Shown here piece by piece: positions 18,266 through 26,592 of a DNA stretch of 43,867 bases. A program made the position numbers and the translations under genes. The DNA comes from a virus (taxonomy: Duplodnaviria; Caudoviricetes): positions 1-43,867 of the IMG/VR virus record IMGVR_UViG_3300011439_000029. The stretch is one strand, 5' to 3'. Below the pieces are notes generated by a model. The model saw only the letters and a program-made list of their open reading frames with translations, searched no databases and was not told the origin of the DNA. How positions within the stretch are numbered: position 1 is the first letter of the stretch; the number at the start of each line of letters is the position of its first letter.

Positions 18266-19567
18266 CTACTGCGGAAGGTTGGCCAGCAGCAACGCGTGCG
18301 CGATGCTGGCTTCGCTGGAGAGAGGGGCGTCGAGCAGGTTCACCAACTCGCTGGGATCGCCGTCCAAGTCGTGCAGCGCCTCGATCTTGTTACCCGAAGT
18401 GCCGGAAGGCAGCATTTTCTGGTCGACGTACTTCCAGCGCGCGTCACGAATCATACGCGACCACGGCGTCGTTGGACTCGGCGGTGCGCCAACCGCGTGA
18501 TACCAGTCGAGCGTGAGGAACTGGCGCGGCGTGGCGATCGACGACCAGCCGACCAGGTCATCACAGAAGTCCACACTGTCGGGAGCGAGCGTGACCTCAT
18601 CTCCACGCAGCCTGCGAACCGTCGCCCACAGGTCCGTGGCGGCGATCAGCCTGTCGGACACGCCGGGCACGACGCCCGTTCCACACGCGAAGAGCGGCGT
18701 GTTGTTGCCCGTCTCCTTGTAGCTGTTCTTGCCTGCGTCGCTCGAACCGTTGTCACACGCGACGATGACGACGTAGCCCTTCGCGACGGCGTCTTGGATC
18801 ACCACACCCAGCCAGTAGTCCAGGTGGAAGAGCATGTCGGAGCGGATGCGCACGTCCGTCGTACCCTGGTATACCTTGCCCAGCGGCTCATCGTTAGGCG
18901 GGAGCTCGAACGGCGAGTGGATGGCGGAGAAGCTGGCGTGGATCAACTCTGTTCCTGCCGCCAACTCACTCAGCGTCAGGTAGGCAACACGCGAGGTATT
19001 GTGCTGCGTCTGCTGGGTGATGACGACACCGGCGGAATCGGCATCGTACTCCTTCCAGTTGTAGTAACCGGTTCCGCCGATCAGCAAGCCACTCAGTAGC
19101 CCGACGAAGCGATCCCAGCCCTGCGTGATCAAGTGCACAGGGAACGTTGGACTGTTGCTGGTGTGCCACTTTCCGATCTTGACCTTCTGGCCAGGGAGCC
19201 CACTCGGAAGCCACGCACCGGCAGGACCGTCGAAGTTGTCAGCCGGCACCACAAGCCGACCGACATAGTTCTCAGGGCGATACGCGTCCGCACCGCTGAG
19301 CGCGCGCGCTCTGAAGAGCGAACAGTTGGGCGCCGCCCAGAAGGTGTTCCAGCTGCGGCCGCTGGCGATCAACGCTGCGATGTTCGAAGCGCCGCCGCTC
19401 GACATCGCGTTGCTCAACTGGTCTCGACCCAAGTCGTCAAGGTCGATGAGCAGTACTTTCCTGGCGACGCTCTCTTTGCCACCTGATGAGCTCACGTGAC
19501 TCCGCCCCGCCACTGATTGCGCCGTGACTCCTGCTGCTATTTTCATTAGCTGTCTCCTGTTCAGCAT
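18266..19567 (-). CDS. Sulfatase-family (alkaline phosphatase superfamily) hydrolase with twin-arginine signal peptide
   Basis: N-terminal 'NRRQLMK' Tat motif; 'VLLIDLDDLG' metal ligands; 'NCSLFRARALSG' at the formylglycine motif position; 'IGKWH', 'SAIHSPF', 'CDNG', 'RDARWKY', 'LHDLDGDPSELVNL'. Confidence 0.85.
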   Translation of the reverse strand: MLNRRQLMKIAAGVTAQSVAGRSHVSSSGGKESVARKVLLIDLDDLGRDQLSNAMSSGGASNIAALIASGRSWNTFWAAPNCSLFRARALSGADAYRPENYVGRLVVPADNFDGPAGAWLPSGLPGQKVKIGKWHTSNSPTFPVHLITQGWDRFVGLLSGLLIGGTGYYNWKEYDADSAGVVITQQTQHNTSRVAYLTLSELAAGTELIHASFSAIHSPFELPPNDEPLGKVYQGTTDVRIRSDMLFHLDYWLGVVIQDAVAKGYVVIVACDNGSSDAGKNSYKETGNNTPLFACGTGVVPGVSDRLIAATDLWATVRRLRGDEVTLAPDSVDFCDDLVGWSSIATPRQFLTLDWYHAVGAPPSPTTPWSRMIRDARWKYVDQKMLPSGTSGNKIEALHDLDGDPSELVNLLDAPLSSEASIAHALLLANLPQ

Positions 19568-19581
19568 GGTTTGCTAGCGGT

Positions 19582-19989
19582 CTACAGCTTGAAGATCTTG
19601 TTCGCCCCGTTGTCCCACTGGATGGTGATGTCGCCACCGTTGGGCGTCACAGGCAAGCCTGTAGCAGTATCGATGTTCGCGATCAGCCGCGACGTCGCCT
19701 GCACGCCCGTGTCCTGCCAGATCACGAGCTCCTCCGACGGATCACCCGTGACGCCAGTGAACGTGGCGTCTGCGGCGTCGGCCACTCCCAGCGTAGCTGT
19801 CTTGCTGGCAAGGTTGCTGGTCGTGGCTACTTTCGCAGCGCCGGGGATGTCGTCTGCGAACTGGTCGACGTCGATGTCCACCGTGTAGTCGGCGGCATCG
19901 ATGAGGTAGACCTTGATGTCGTCGACTGTCCAGTCGATGTCCCCCTCGAGGAACGCCTGCCGACCAAGTCCGTAGAGTGCGTTTGCCAT
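19582..19989 (-). CDS. Small virion structural protein (minor-tail-like family)
   Basis: 'MANALY..GRQAFLEGDIDW..DDIKVYLID' and 'LPVTPNGGDITIQWD' resemble a widespread phage structural family; high-expression codon bias. Confidence 0.65.
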   Translation of the reverse strand: MANALYGLGRQAFLEGDIDWTVDDIKVYLIDAADYTVDIDVDQFADDIPGAAKVATTSNLASKTATLGVADAADATFTGVTGDPSEELVIWQDTGVQATSRLIANIDTATGLPVTPNGGDITIQWDNGANKIFKL

Positions 19990-20015
19990 GTGATCTCTGT
20001 CCCGATACTAGGTTG

Positions 20016-20237
20016 CTAAACGTTGAGGCTGAGGAGCGTCTCTAGCATCAGACGCTCGTCGGTGAACATGACACGAACCTTCTGCTGCGCCAAGAAGCTC
20101 ACGCCCATGGCACTCAGAGAATCGTCCTCTCCACTTCTCGCCAGCTGCCTCAGCCACGAGATCGACTTACCGTCAGCGGGCTTCGTACTCCTCGGCTTGA
20201 CGTACGTTTCCGAGTCCGATTCACTTGATCGCCACAC
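20016..20237 (-). CDS. Hypothetical protein
   Basis: 73 aa; AGGAG RBS upstream of GTG; fills the gap after terminase. Confidence 0.55.
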   Translation of the reverse strand: MWRSSESDSETYVKPRSTKPADGKSISWLRQLARSGEDDSLSAMGVSFLAQQKVRVMFTDERLMLETLLSLNV

Positions 20238-20262
20238 GTTCAGCTCCTATTTCTGACTGCGC

Positions 20263-22467
20263 TCATGAGAAGATATCTCCCTCGAGAGTCGCGATGCTGG
20301 GTTTCGGTCTGCGGTGCTTGCGCATCTGGTAGGCGACTGCCCACTTCATGACGCTGTCGTCGTGCGAGCCGCTGTCCGCTTCGAACTTTCCGCTACCCTG
20401 AAGCCTGAAGCTGAGGCACTCTCCCAGGAAGTCGCGATCAGTGGCGATGAGTGCTCCGTCTTCTAACGCGTTCGCGAGATCGTCGATCATCATAGGACGA
20501 GTTACGCCGTTGGTCGACCAGCCTGCCTTGGACAGCTTCTTGTTGGCGTCCCGCTTGTCTTCGTCGCTCACCTTCGTGAAGTAGAACAGCGAACCACCGG
20601 AGTGGTGCGGGCGGCCGTATCCCAGCTCGATCACCTTCTGCAGGACCGCGTGACCGTGATTCTCTCGCTCGATGCCGAGGAGCGCGCTGTTGTACTCCTT
20701 CGACAGGCGGACTGCGTGATCAGCTAGGACAGTCGGCTTGAACAGGCCGTGGACCCACGCAACCTGCTTGCCATTGTCGCGCCTCAGTACGCCGACTCCG
20801 TTTGGGTCGCACCCAGGCAGGCCCTCGCTGGTGTCGCAGCCCGCCACGTACTCTACTCCTGGTTGCGGCTCCTCGATCCTTGTCTCGAAGCCGCCAGGTA
20901 GGTGCTTGCGTACTGGCTCAGGCACATTCTCGAGCAGCGACAGTACCACGTCGACGTCGAAGAAGCAAGTACCGCTGGTAAGGAAGCACGTCTCGTCGTC
21001 CTCAGGATATTCCTGCATGGCGAGACGCTTTAGCGACCTCCGCTTCTGCCGGCGGAAGGCGATCTGAGCGACCGAGAGGTCGTACTTCTTGAAGAGCGCT
21101 TTCTCTTCGTCGCTTAGGGTATCGACGACCTCTTCGGGATCGAACGATCCCCGCACAGCGACGTTCAGCGGGTCAAGCCACCACGGCAGGAATATCGGCC
21201 ACCAGTCGTTGAGACCCTTCTTCGCGTCTGTGTAGCAGTGGTAGAACCACTCCCTGCCGTTAGGCGTCCCTTCGAACACCACTTCGCCGTTGCTCGCCGC
21301 CTCTTGGATGCCCGCTACTAGGGCGTCCATGTCGGTCATGTGGTTGGGACCGTCGAGCCAGTACGGCACCTCTGATCCGTGCACCCGCTGGAGGGTGTCA
21401 CCGCGGCTGAAGCCGTGTGTGGACGCAGTACCGATGAAGAAGTAGGAGCCGTTAGCAAACTCGAGCGCCGACTTCGAGTCTCCTATCAGTCGCTCTCTCT
21501 GAGGATCTCGCTCCGCGAACATCGTCGCCATGCGGAAGATCCGCTGCGTGCTCTCCATCTTGTGAGCGAGCGTCGCGCAGTATGTCATCGGCCTCTGCAC
21601 GCAGGCCGAGTAACTCTCTCCCTGTTCCAGCGTGGTGAAGCCGCCACGGCGATACTTCAGCAGAAGCATCTTCGAGTATCCGCGCCCACGCGCGAGTCTC
21701 TTGATGGCGAGATAGCGCCTCTGCATGCGCATCATCTCAAACGATACGATGGGGGCCCATCCCACCCTGTACTCGCCGAACTGCTCCAGCGCCTGCGTCC
21801 GCTGCCTGGTGGACAGCGCCTCAGGCCTCTTGTCTGTGCGCACGTACAGGCGAGATTTCGCGAACGCCCTGAACGGCTTCTGCTCAGGCTCCACGTCCTC
21901 GAGCATCATCAGCCGAGAGTAGCGAGGATCGTCCTCCGGCAGCACTCTCGCTCGCTGGTCGGGGAAGGCGGCTACCAGTTGCGGAGCCCTCACTCTCAGG
22001 AGGCTCGAATCCTGGCGCGACCTACAGAAGTCGTAGAACCAGTGGCCACGGTCGGCGATCTGGCCCGCTACTACAGCGTCACCTACGAGCTTAGTTCCCA
22101 GCGCCAGCACCGGGTCTAACTTCAACTGGTGGGCGTCGACGGCGTACAGTGCGTCGACGGCAGGAAAATGCAGCGACGAGATCGACTTCTCATCCCTCAA
22201 TACGAGAAGAGACAGCCCTCCCACCTCGTACAGCCACCCAGTAGTGAGAGCAATCGGCTTCTCTCGCAGCCACCGGCCTAGGACCATTCTAGCGCTGTCG
22301 GGCGTTGGACTGAGGAAGGCTATCCTCGATCCTCGCTCTCTTGACAGCGCAAACGCGAGGAGCGCCTGAGACGACCTGCAGTCCAGAGCGGCGTGTTCCA
22401 GCGCTGACAGGCCCGTCATTCCCTTCATGGGACGAAGGACCTCGGGCATCTGAACGCTCAGTACCAC
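20263..22467 (-). CDS. terL: Terminase large subunit with N-terminal extra domain
   Basis: Walker A 'LLKYRRGGFTT', Walker B 'VHGSEVPYW', motif III 'EGTPNG..WFY', 'QEYP', RNase H-like nuclease 'YVAGCDTSEG', 'IERENHG', 'HDDSVM'. Confidence 0.93.
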   Translation of the reverse strand: MVLSVQMPEVLRPMKGMTGLSALEHAALDCRSSQALLAFALSRERGSRIAFLSPTPDSARMVLGRWLREKPIALTTGWLYEVGGLSLLVLRDEKSISSLHFPAVDALYAVDAHQLKLDPVLALGTKLVGDAVVAGQIADRGHWFYDFCRSRQDSSLLRVRAPQLVAAFPDQRARVLPEDDPRYSRLMMLEDVEPEQKPFRAFAKSRLYVRTDKRPEALSTRQRTQALEQFGEYRVGWAPIVSFEMMRMQRRYLAIKRLARGRGYSKMLLLKYRRGGFTTLEQGESYSACVQRPMTYCATLAHKMESTQRIFRMATMFAERDPQRERLIGDSKSALEFANGSYFFIGTASTHGFSRGDTLQRVHGSEVPYWLDGPNHMTDMDALVAGIQEAASNGEVVFEGTPNGREWFYHCYTDAKKGLNDWWPIFLPWWLDPLNVAVRGSFDPEEVVDTLSDEEKALFKKYDLSVAQIAFRRQKRRSLKRLAMQEYPEDDETCFLTSGTCFFDVDVVLSLLENVPEPVRKHLPGGFETRIEEPQPGVEYVAGCDTSEGLPGCDPNGVGVLRRDNGKQVAWVHGLFKPTVLADHAVRLSKEYNSALLGIERENHGHAVLQKVIELGYGRPHHSGGSLFYFTKVSDEDKRDANKKLSKAGWSTNGVTRPMMIDDLANALEDGALIATDRDFLGECLSFRLQGSGKFEADSGSHDDSVMKWAVAYQMRKHRRPKPSIATLEGDIFS

Positions 22468-22590
22468 TTGGCGGCTCGGTGGGTCGCTCGTATTCGCTCT
22501 GGTGTTCCTCGCTACTGCCTGCTATCTCCTATCTCTATTATCTATGTCTACTGCTGTTACCAGGTCCGCTGATGGGCGGACGCTGCCTCG

Positions 22591-23004
22591 CTAGTCAGCA
22601 GGCGGATCGTTGTACACGGCCCTGAGCGAGTCGGTGCTGCGTAGGTACACGGATCGCTCGAGGTCGCTGAGGGCGACGTCGTTGAGCACGTACATGTCGT
22701 GCCTGTCGCAGACGGGAACTGCATGCGATTTGAGCGTCAACCTGGGCAGCAGCTCACCTTCTGAGGCGCTCACGAGGGTGGCGGACTGCTGAAGCGCGAT
22801 GTCCCTCATCGAGGCACTGAGATTCACGTCGCTGGAGACGTACGCATCGTGCCTGCCGGCGACGATCACAATCGTCTCCCTGACTTGGTCGACCTTGACG
22901 TCGCCCTTCGACTTGAACAGGGAACACGAGGAGCAGGAGGCGAGCAGGCCGACGATGAGGACGAGGCCGATGCTGAAGCCGTGGGACTTGCTTGTGTGTG
23001 TCAT
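22591..23004 (-). CDS. Lipoprotein with internal duplication
   Basis: Start re-called at ATG 23002-23004 (GAGG RBS); hydrophobic signal then lipobox 'LLASC'; two copies of RHDxYVxxDVxLS. Confidence 0.7.
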   Translation of the reverse strand: MTHTSKSHGFSIGLVLIVGLLASCSSCSLFKSKGDVKVDQVRETIVIVAGRHDAYVSSDVNLSASMRDIALQQSATLVSASEGELLPRLTLKSHAVPVCDRHDMYVLNDVALSDLERSVYLRSTDSLRAVYNDPPAD

Positions 23005-23015
23005 GTTCTGGTTCC

Positions 23016-23336
23016 TCACTTCACCGAGCTCAGGGCGACGAGAGCGGACTTGACGGCGACGGTCATCAGGCCGCCCACCACGTCCCACGTCGAGTCCACG
23101 ATGCGCAGCCGGTTGGCTTCCGCCACCGTCCTGGCCTGCGCGCCGATCTCGTTGACCAGGTCTTCGCGACCGGTCGACATGGCCTGCACGAGGTCGGCAG
23201 TCATGGCCTCTGCGAACTTGACGAGGTCCTCCTTGGCGCCGACGAGGACCGTCGACAGCTCCTTCTTCAGCATGTCCTTGAGGCCCTCGGCCATGACTTG
23301 CCAGTCCACGCTCGTCTTCATCTTGTCTGCGTTCAT
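23016..23336 (-). CDS. Hypothetical helical protein
   Basis: 106 aa; ATGA coupling with upstream gene; strong codon bias. Confidence 0.7.
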   Translation of the reverse strand: MNADKMKTSVDWQVMAEGLKDMLKKELSTVLVGAKEDLVKFAEAMTADLVQAMSTGREDLVNEIGAQARTVAEANRLRIVDSTWDVVGGLMTVAVKSALVALSSVK

Positions 23337-23647
23337 GCCGGATCTCCGTCCTCGATAGTAGTTTGAGTGGTGCGGCGATTGCGAGATCCGAAGACCTCGC
23401 GACTGTCGATTCCTCCGACGTCTGTCACGGCCTGCGACCGCGGCTTGACGTTGGTGATCTTCTTGTTGGCGATCACGACGAGCATATTCGCCAGCTCGAG
23501 CACCGCCACTCGCACTTCCTCGTCCTCTTGCTTGGCAGCGTGGTCGACGACGAAGCGCGCGAATTCCACGACCTGGGACACCGTCATGCCCTTCAGTGCA
23601 CTCACCAGCTCGACCCCTACCTTCTCAGCGAACCTGTCCATGCTCAC
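23333..23647 (-). CDS. Hypothetical protein
   Basis: 104 aa; overlapping stop/start on both sides. Confidence 0.65.
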   Translation of the reverse strand: MSMDRFAEKVGVELVSALKGMTVSQVVEFARFVVDHAAKQEDEEVRVAVLELANMLVVIANKKITNVKPRSQAVTDVGGIDSREVFGSRNRRTTQTTIEDGDPA

Positions 23648-24327
23648 GTGATCACCACCACTCTGCTGTCTGCCTCTGACGTAGGAAGGTGGATGTCATT
23701 GAGTCTTGCGATCAGGCGGTCTGCGAGGTCCTTGTCCACCGTCGCCACTTCCTGCTCCACCGCCTTCACCATCTGCTGCACTACCAGGTCCACCGCCGGG
23801 GCGATCGCCGAGTTGGCGTCCAGTGCGCGGATCTTCGCGGCTCGCATCACGAGGTCGGCGACGTGACTCATGGCGTTGCGAGCGCCAGCGATCGCGGCCG
23901 CCTTGATGTCGGTGCTCGTCTTCTGGCTGTTGCTCTCGTCCAGGCATGCGGCCTCGAAAAGCTGTATCGACCTCAGTGCAAGGATCCTCGACAGGTCGAT
24001 CTCCTCATCGAGGACCATCCTCTCGTTGCCGCTCTCCTCGGCCTGCTTCAACAGGTCCTTGAGTCGCGACGCTGCGTGCTTCGAATAGAAAGCTGACATG
24101 TCCTTCTGCCTGAACAGGACAGACCGCCCTCCGTGGTGCTTACAGTAGTCTCTTCCCGGCTCTGACCAGTGTCCGCACTGAGAACGCTGCTTATTGGGGG
24201 ATTGGCACCTTCGAGGATGGTTGGGCGGTGGACAGCCGCCCTTCTTGAAGTCGAACTTTACGGCGGGGTCCTTGAACCACGTCCTCGGCGTCTCGTAGTC
24301 TTCTGCAAGGCGTCGACGCTTGTACAC
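23644..24327 (-). CDS. Putative terminase small subunit (C-x-C-x-C-x-HGG zinc motif)
   Basis: 'RRCQSPNKQRSQCGHW...YCKHHGG' followed by helical 'LDEEIDLSR' region; upstream of TerL. Confidence 0.6.
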   Translation of the reverse strand: MYKRRRLAEDYETPRTWFKDPAVKFDFKKGGCPPPNHPRRCQSPNKQRSQCGHWSEPGRDYCKHHGGRSVLFRQKDMSAFYSKHAASRLKDLLKQAEESGNERMVLDEEIDLSRILALRSIQLFEAACLDESNSQKTSTDIKAAAIAGARNAMSHVADLVMRAAKIRALDANSAIAPAVDLVVQQMVKAVEQEVATVDKDLADRLIARLNDIHLPTSEADSRVVVIT

Positions 24328-24348
24328 CTGCGAGCTCGCGCCCGCCGC

Positions 24349-24606
24349 TCACAGGCCGGCGATGATCCTGCGCTTTTTCGTCCGCAGGTCCTGGCACTCC
24401 GTCTCGAGCGCCTGCAACTTCGTGTTGATGGCGGAGATCTCCGACTCTCGGTCCTTGTCGATGACTAGCCGCTTCTCGACGTCGCCTGATGCCACGATCG
24501 TGCGCACTCCGGCGACCACTACTGTGACGTCGCCCACCTTGTCGCACTCGACGTAGCCTGGTGCGCCGTCGAGACGCACCAGCTGGCTTGAGAAGAAGCG
24601 AGCCAT
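24349..24606 (-). CDS. Hypothetical protein (SH3-like strands plus coiled coil)
   Basis: 85 aa; GAGG RBS; fits operon. Confidence 0.6.
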   Translation of the reverse strand: MARFFSSQLVRLDGAPGYVECDKVGDVTVVVAGVRTIVASGDVEKRLVIDKDRESEISAINTKLQALETECQDLRTKKRRIIAGL

Positions 24607-24611
24607 GGACG

Positions 24612-25067
24612 TCAGCCTCGAGGCTCGTGGCGCTCTTCCACGGTGTCGGCGTCGTCGTCGGCCTGAGGCTCGAGGCGCAGAGGATGACCGAGAGGCAGCG
24701 TACGACGGTCGCGCACTTCGCCGTGGCCCTCGTGGCGCTCCTCGACCTTGTCGGCGTCGTCGTCGAGCATCTCCGAGCGACTACGTTGGCCTTCGTTGGG
24801 CAGGCGACGAGCGGGATCCGTCGGCGACGGCGTCTCAGGATTCGACTCCAGAACCACGATGTCCTTCGCGTTGAACCCTCGCTTGGTGCCGCCGACGTCG
24901 ACGATCCAGTCGCCTCCGCCGCCGTTGCCGACGACTACGCCGGTAGCTCCGCGCGCTCTGACGCGTGCTCCGATCGAGATCCGCTTCGGCTCCACGATCG
25001 GTCTCGACTCCGTGCTGCGTCTCGCGAACGGTCTCGGCTCACCACTGAGTTCGTCTCTAGGTTCCAT
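24612..25067 (-). CDS. First late gene; KOW/SH3-like segment and duplicated DDDADxVEERHE motif
   Basis: Start re-called at ATG 25065-25067 after AGGAG; 'IGARVRARGATGVVVG..WIVDV'; DNA repeats at ~24624-24660 and ~24730-24765. Confidence 0.55.
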   Translation of the reverse strand: MEPRDELSGEPRPFARRSTESRPIVEPKRISIGARVRARGATGVVVGNGGGGDWIVDVGGTKRGFNAKDIVVLESNPETPSPTDPARRLPNEGQRSRSEMLDDDADKVEERHEGHGEVRDRRTLPLGHPLRLEPQADDDADTVEERHEPRG

Positions 25068-25121
25068 GTGCACTCCTGATGTGAATCCTGCTGTGATGTG
25101 TGTCACAGATGTGAGAGTCGT

Positions 25122-25159
25122 ATCTTAGCACGTGCATGAGCGCGCGTACACTATAAAGT
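25122..25159 (-). promoter_or_regulatory. Putative promoter for late (packaging/structural) operon
   Basis: ACTTTATAGTGTAC - 18 nt - TAAGAT with TGn extended -10; near-identical upstream element at 37422-37435. Confidence 0.6.
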
Positions 25160-25197
25160 GATAAAAGCCCTAAGTTGTTGCACCATCAACGCTTGCA

Positions 25198-25767
25198 TCA
25201 ACCAGCGTCAATAGATATGTCATCGTTGGTCATCACTCCCTGGCTAGAAAGCACCTGAAGTACGCGTGCTGCGACCCTAGACTCGAGCTCTCTCACTAGG
25301 CCGCCCTCCAGCTTCGACTGATAAGAACGAGACCAGTCCATCCTGCGCGCAAACTCACCCGCGCTCATCTTCGACGCCTCTCTAGCCCTTACGAACGCGC
25401 GAGCATCGAACGACCAGCGAGATGGTCTCATGATCTCGACGTCGATCATCACCTCCTCCTCGAGTACCTCGCTTGCCGGCGTGGCCCAGCACGACCTGCA
25501 CACCGCGCTACCGACAGTGAGCACCCACTGCTTGGAGTTCGTCTTGATTCCTCCGCACTTAGGACACCTCCTGTCTCTCGGCAATCTAGCCTCTCGCCTC
25601 CGCCTTCTCACCTCTGCTCGCCACTCACTCACGTCGCGAGGATCCGACCAGTCGCACTTGCGTTGCAGCTTCCGCTGGAACCACGCCTCTGCCTGCCGCC
25701 GACCTTCTATCGACCAGAAGGCGCGCTCGAACTGCTGGTCCGACTTCTTTGAGTCTCTGGATTCCAA
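25198..25767 (-). CDS. Zn-ribbon plus XRE-type HTH DNA-binding protein
   Basis: 'CPKC...CRSC'; C-terminal 'AREASKMSAGEFARRMDWSRSYQSKLEGG' matches XRE HTH. Confidence 0.75.
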   Translation of the reverse strand: MESRDSKKSDQQFERAFWSIEGRRQAEAWFQRKLQRKCDWSDPRDVSEWRAEVRRRRREARLPRDRRCPKCGGIKTNSKQWVLTVGSAVCRSCWATPASEVLEEEVMIDVEIMRPSRWSFDARAFVRAREASKMSAGEFARRMDWSRSYQSKLEGGLVRELESRVAARVLQVLSSQGVMTNDDISIDAG

Positions 25768-25786
25768 TCGACTTCTCCACTGTTTC

Positions 25787-25978
25787 CTAGTTGGTTAACA
25801 TCACACCGTGCAATAGTACCACCCGGATCGGACCAGGTACCGTCAATGCGTATAAGTAGTAGTAGTATGCTGGACTTTATGTAAAGGTAGTATATAAGTA
25901 TAGCTAGATGAAGCACTTAGGGCTACGATGCTCGGTGAAACTCACAACTGATTGCACGTTGTAGTGTTAACCACTTAG
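25787..25978. repeat. 28-bp imperfect inverted repeats (23/28) bracketing a 136-bp AT-rich core
   Basis: + strand 25787-25814 CTAGTTGGTTAACATCACACCGTGCAAT vs - strand 25978-25951 CTAAGTGGTTAACACTACAACGTGCAAT. Confidence 0.85.
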
Positions 25979-26037
25979 TTCACCCGAGGAATTGGTCTAT
26001 AGCGGGCGCCCAATCCGATAGCCACTGACGTATCCGC

Positions 26038-26460
26038 TCAGAATCCGCAGTACTGACTGAACGGGTAGCACTCACTCGACAGCGACGCGAGGTGATCAAG
26101 TATCGTGATGCCGTGAGGAAGCCCGCCGGGCCACGACATCAGCACCCCCTGGTCGACATCCTCGACCAGCACCGCTGACTGAGTCCTCTGCGCCACGACG
26201 AAGAACGGCACCCTCGCCTCTACCAGCTTTCTGGCGGTATCTCGCTGCTTGTCGCTTAGGTCGTTGTCCCCAGCCTTCAGTTCCAACCACCCGGCCCACC
26301 TCCTGTGCGCCACGTACCTGTCCGGCAGGTATCGCTGGTAGAGCGACCCGTGCAGCTTCTTGTAGAAGGCGCCTATAGACGCCATTCTCTGCGCGAACTC
26401 GCGCTCGAGGTCCGCCTCCAGCAGCCTCCCCGCCCTAGGCCCCGACCGCCTACCAACCAC
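26038..26460 (-). CDS. VRR-NUC / PD-(D/E)xK nuclease (Holliday junction resolvase-like)
   Basis: 'LEADLEREF', 'YKKLHG..YLPDRYV', 'WLELKAG..LSDKQ', 'VPFFVV'; exact start uncertain. Confidence 0.8.
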   Translation of the reverse strand: MVGRRSGPRAGRLLEADLEREFAQRMASIGAFYKKLHGSLYQRYLPDRYVAHRRWAGWLELKAGDNDLSDKQRDTARKLVEARVPFFVVAQRTQSAVLVEDVDQGVLMSWPGGLPHGITILDHLASLSSECYPFSQYCGF

Positions 26461-26478
26461 TGAGCACCACTCTCAGTC

Positions 26479-26592
26479 TCATAGCAGGCCCTTGAGCTTC
26501 TTCTGCAGCCAGCACGCTGGACACGGCTCGATTTGGTGAGTTCCCACTAGCATGAAAAGTGGGTACGCTACGAGCATGAGGTAGAACGTCAC
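26479..26592 (-). CDS. Small hydrophobic protein with CPAC motif (37 aa)
   Basis: GTGA overlap with upstream stop; MTFYLMLVAYPLFMLVGTHQIEPCPACWLQKKLKGLL. Confidence 0.45.
   Translation of the reverse strand: MTFYLMLVAYPLFMLVGTHQIEPCPACWLQKKLKGLL

Noticed and set aside
22468-22590. Purine-rich gap upstream of terL as a possible N-terminal extension
   Set aside because: An in-frame TAG lies upstream of the GTG and no better start was found; left unassigned
25707-25916. 69-aa hydrophobic ORF MLHLAILIYYLYIKSS...
   Set aside because: Product of the AT-rich core; codon usage unlike real genes; region better explained as a cis element
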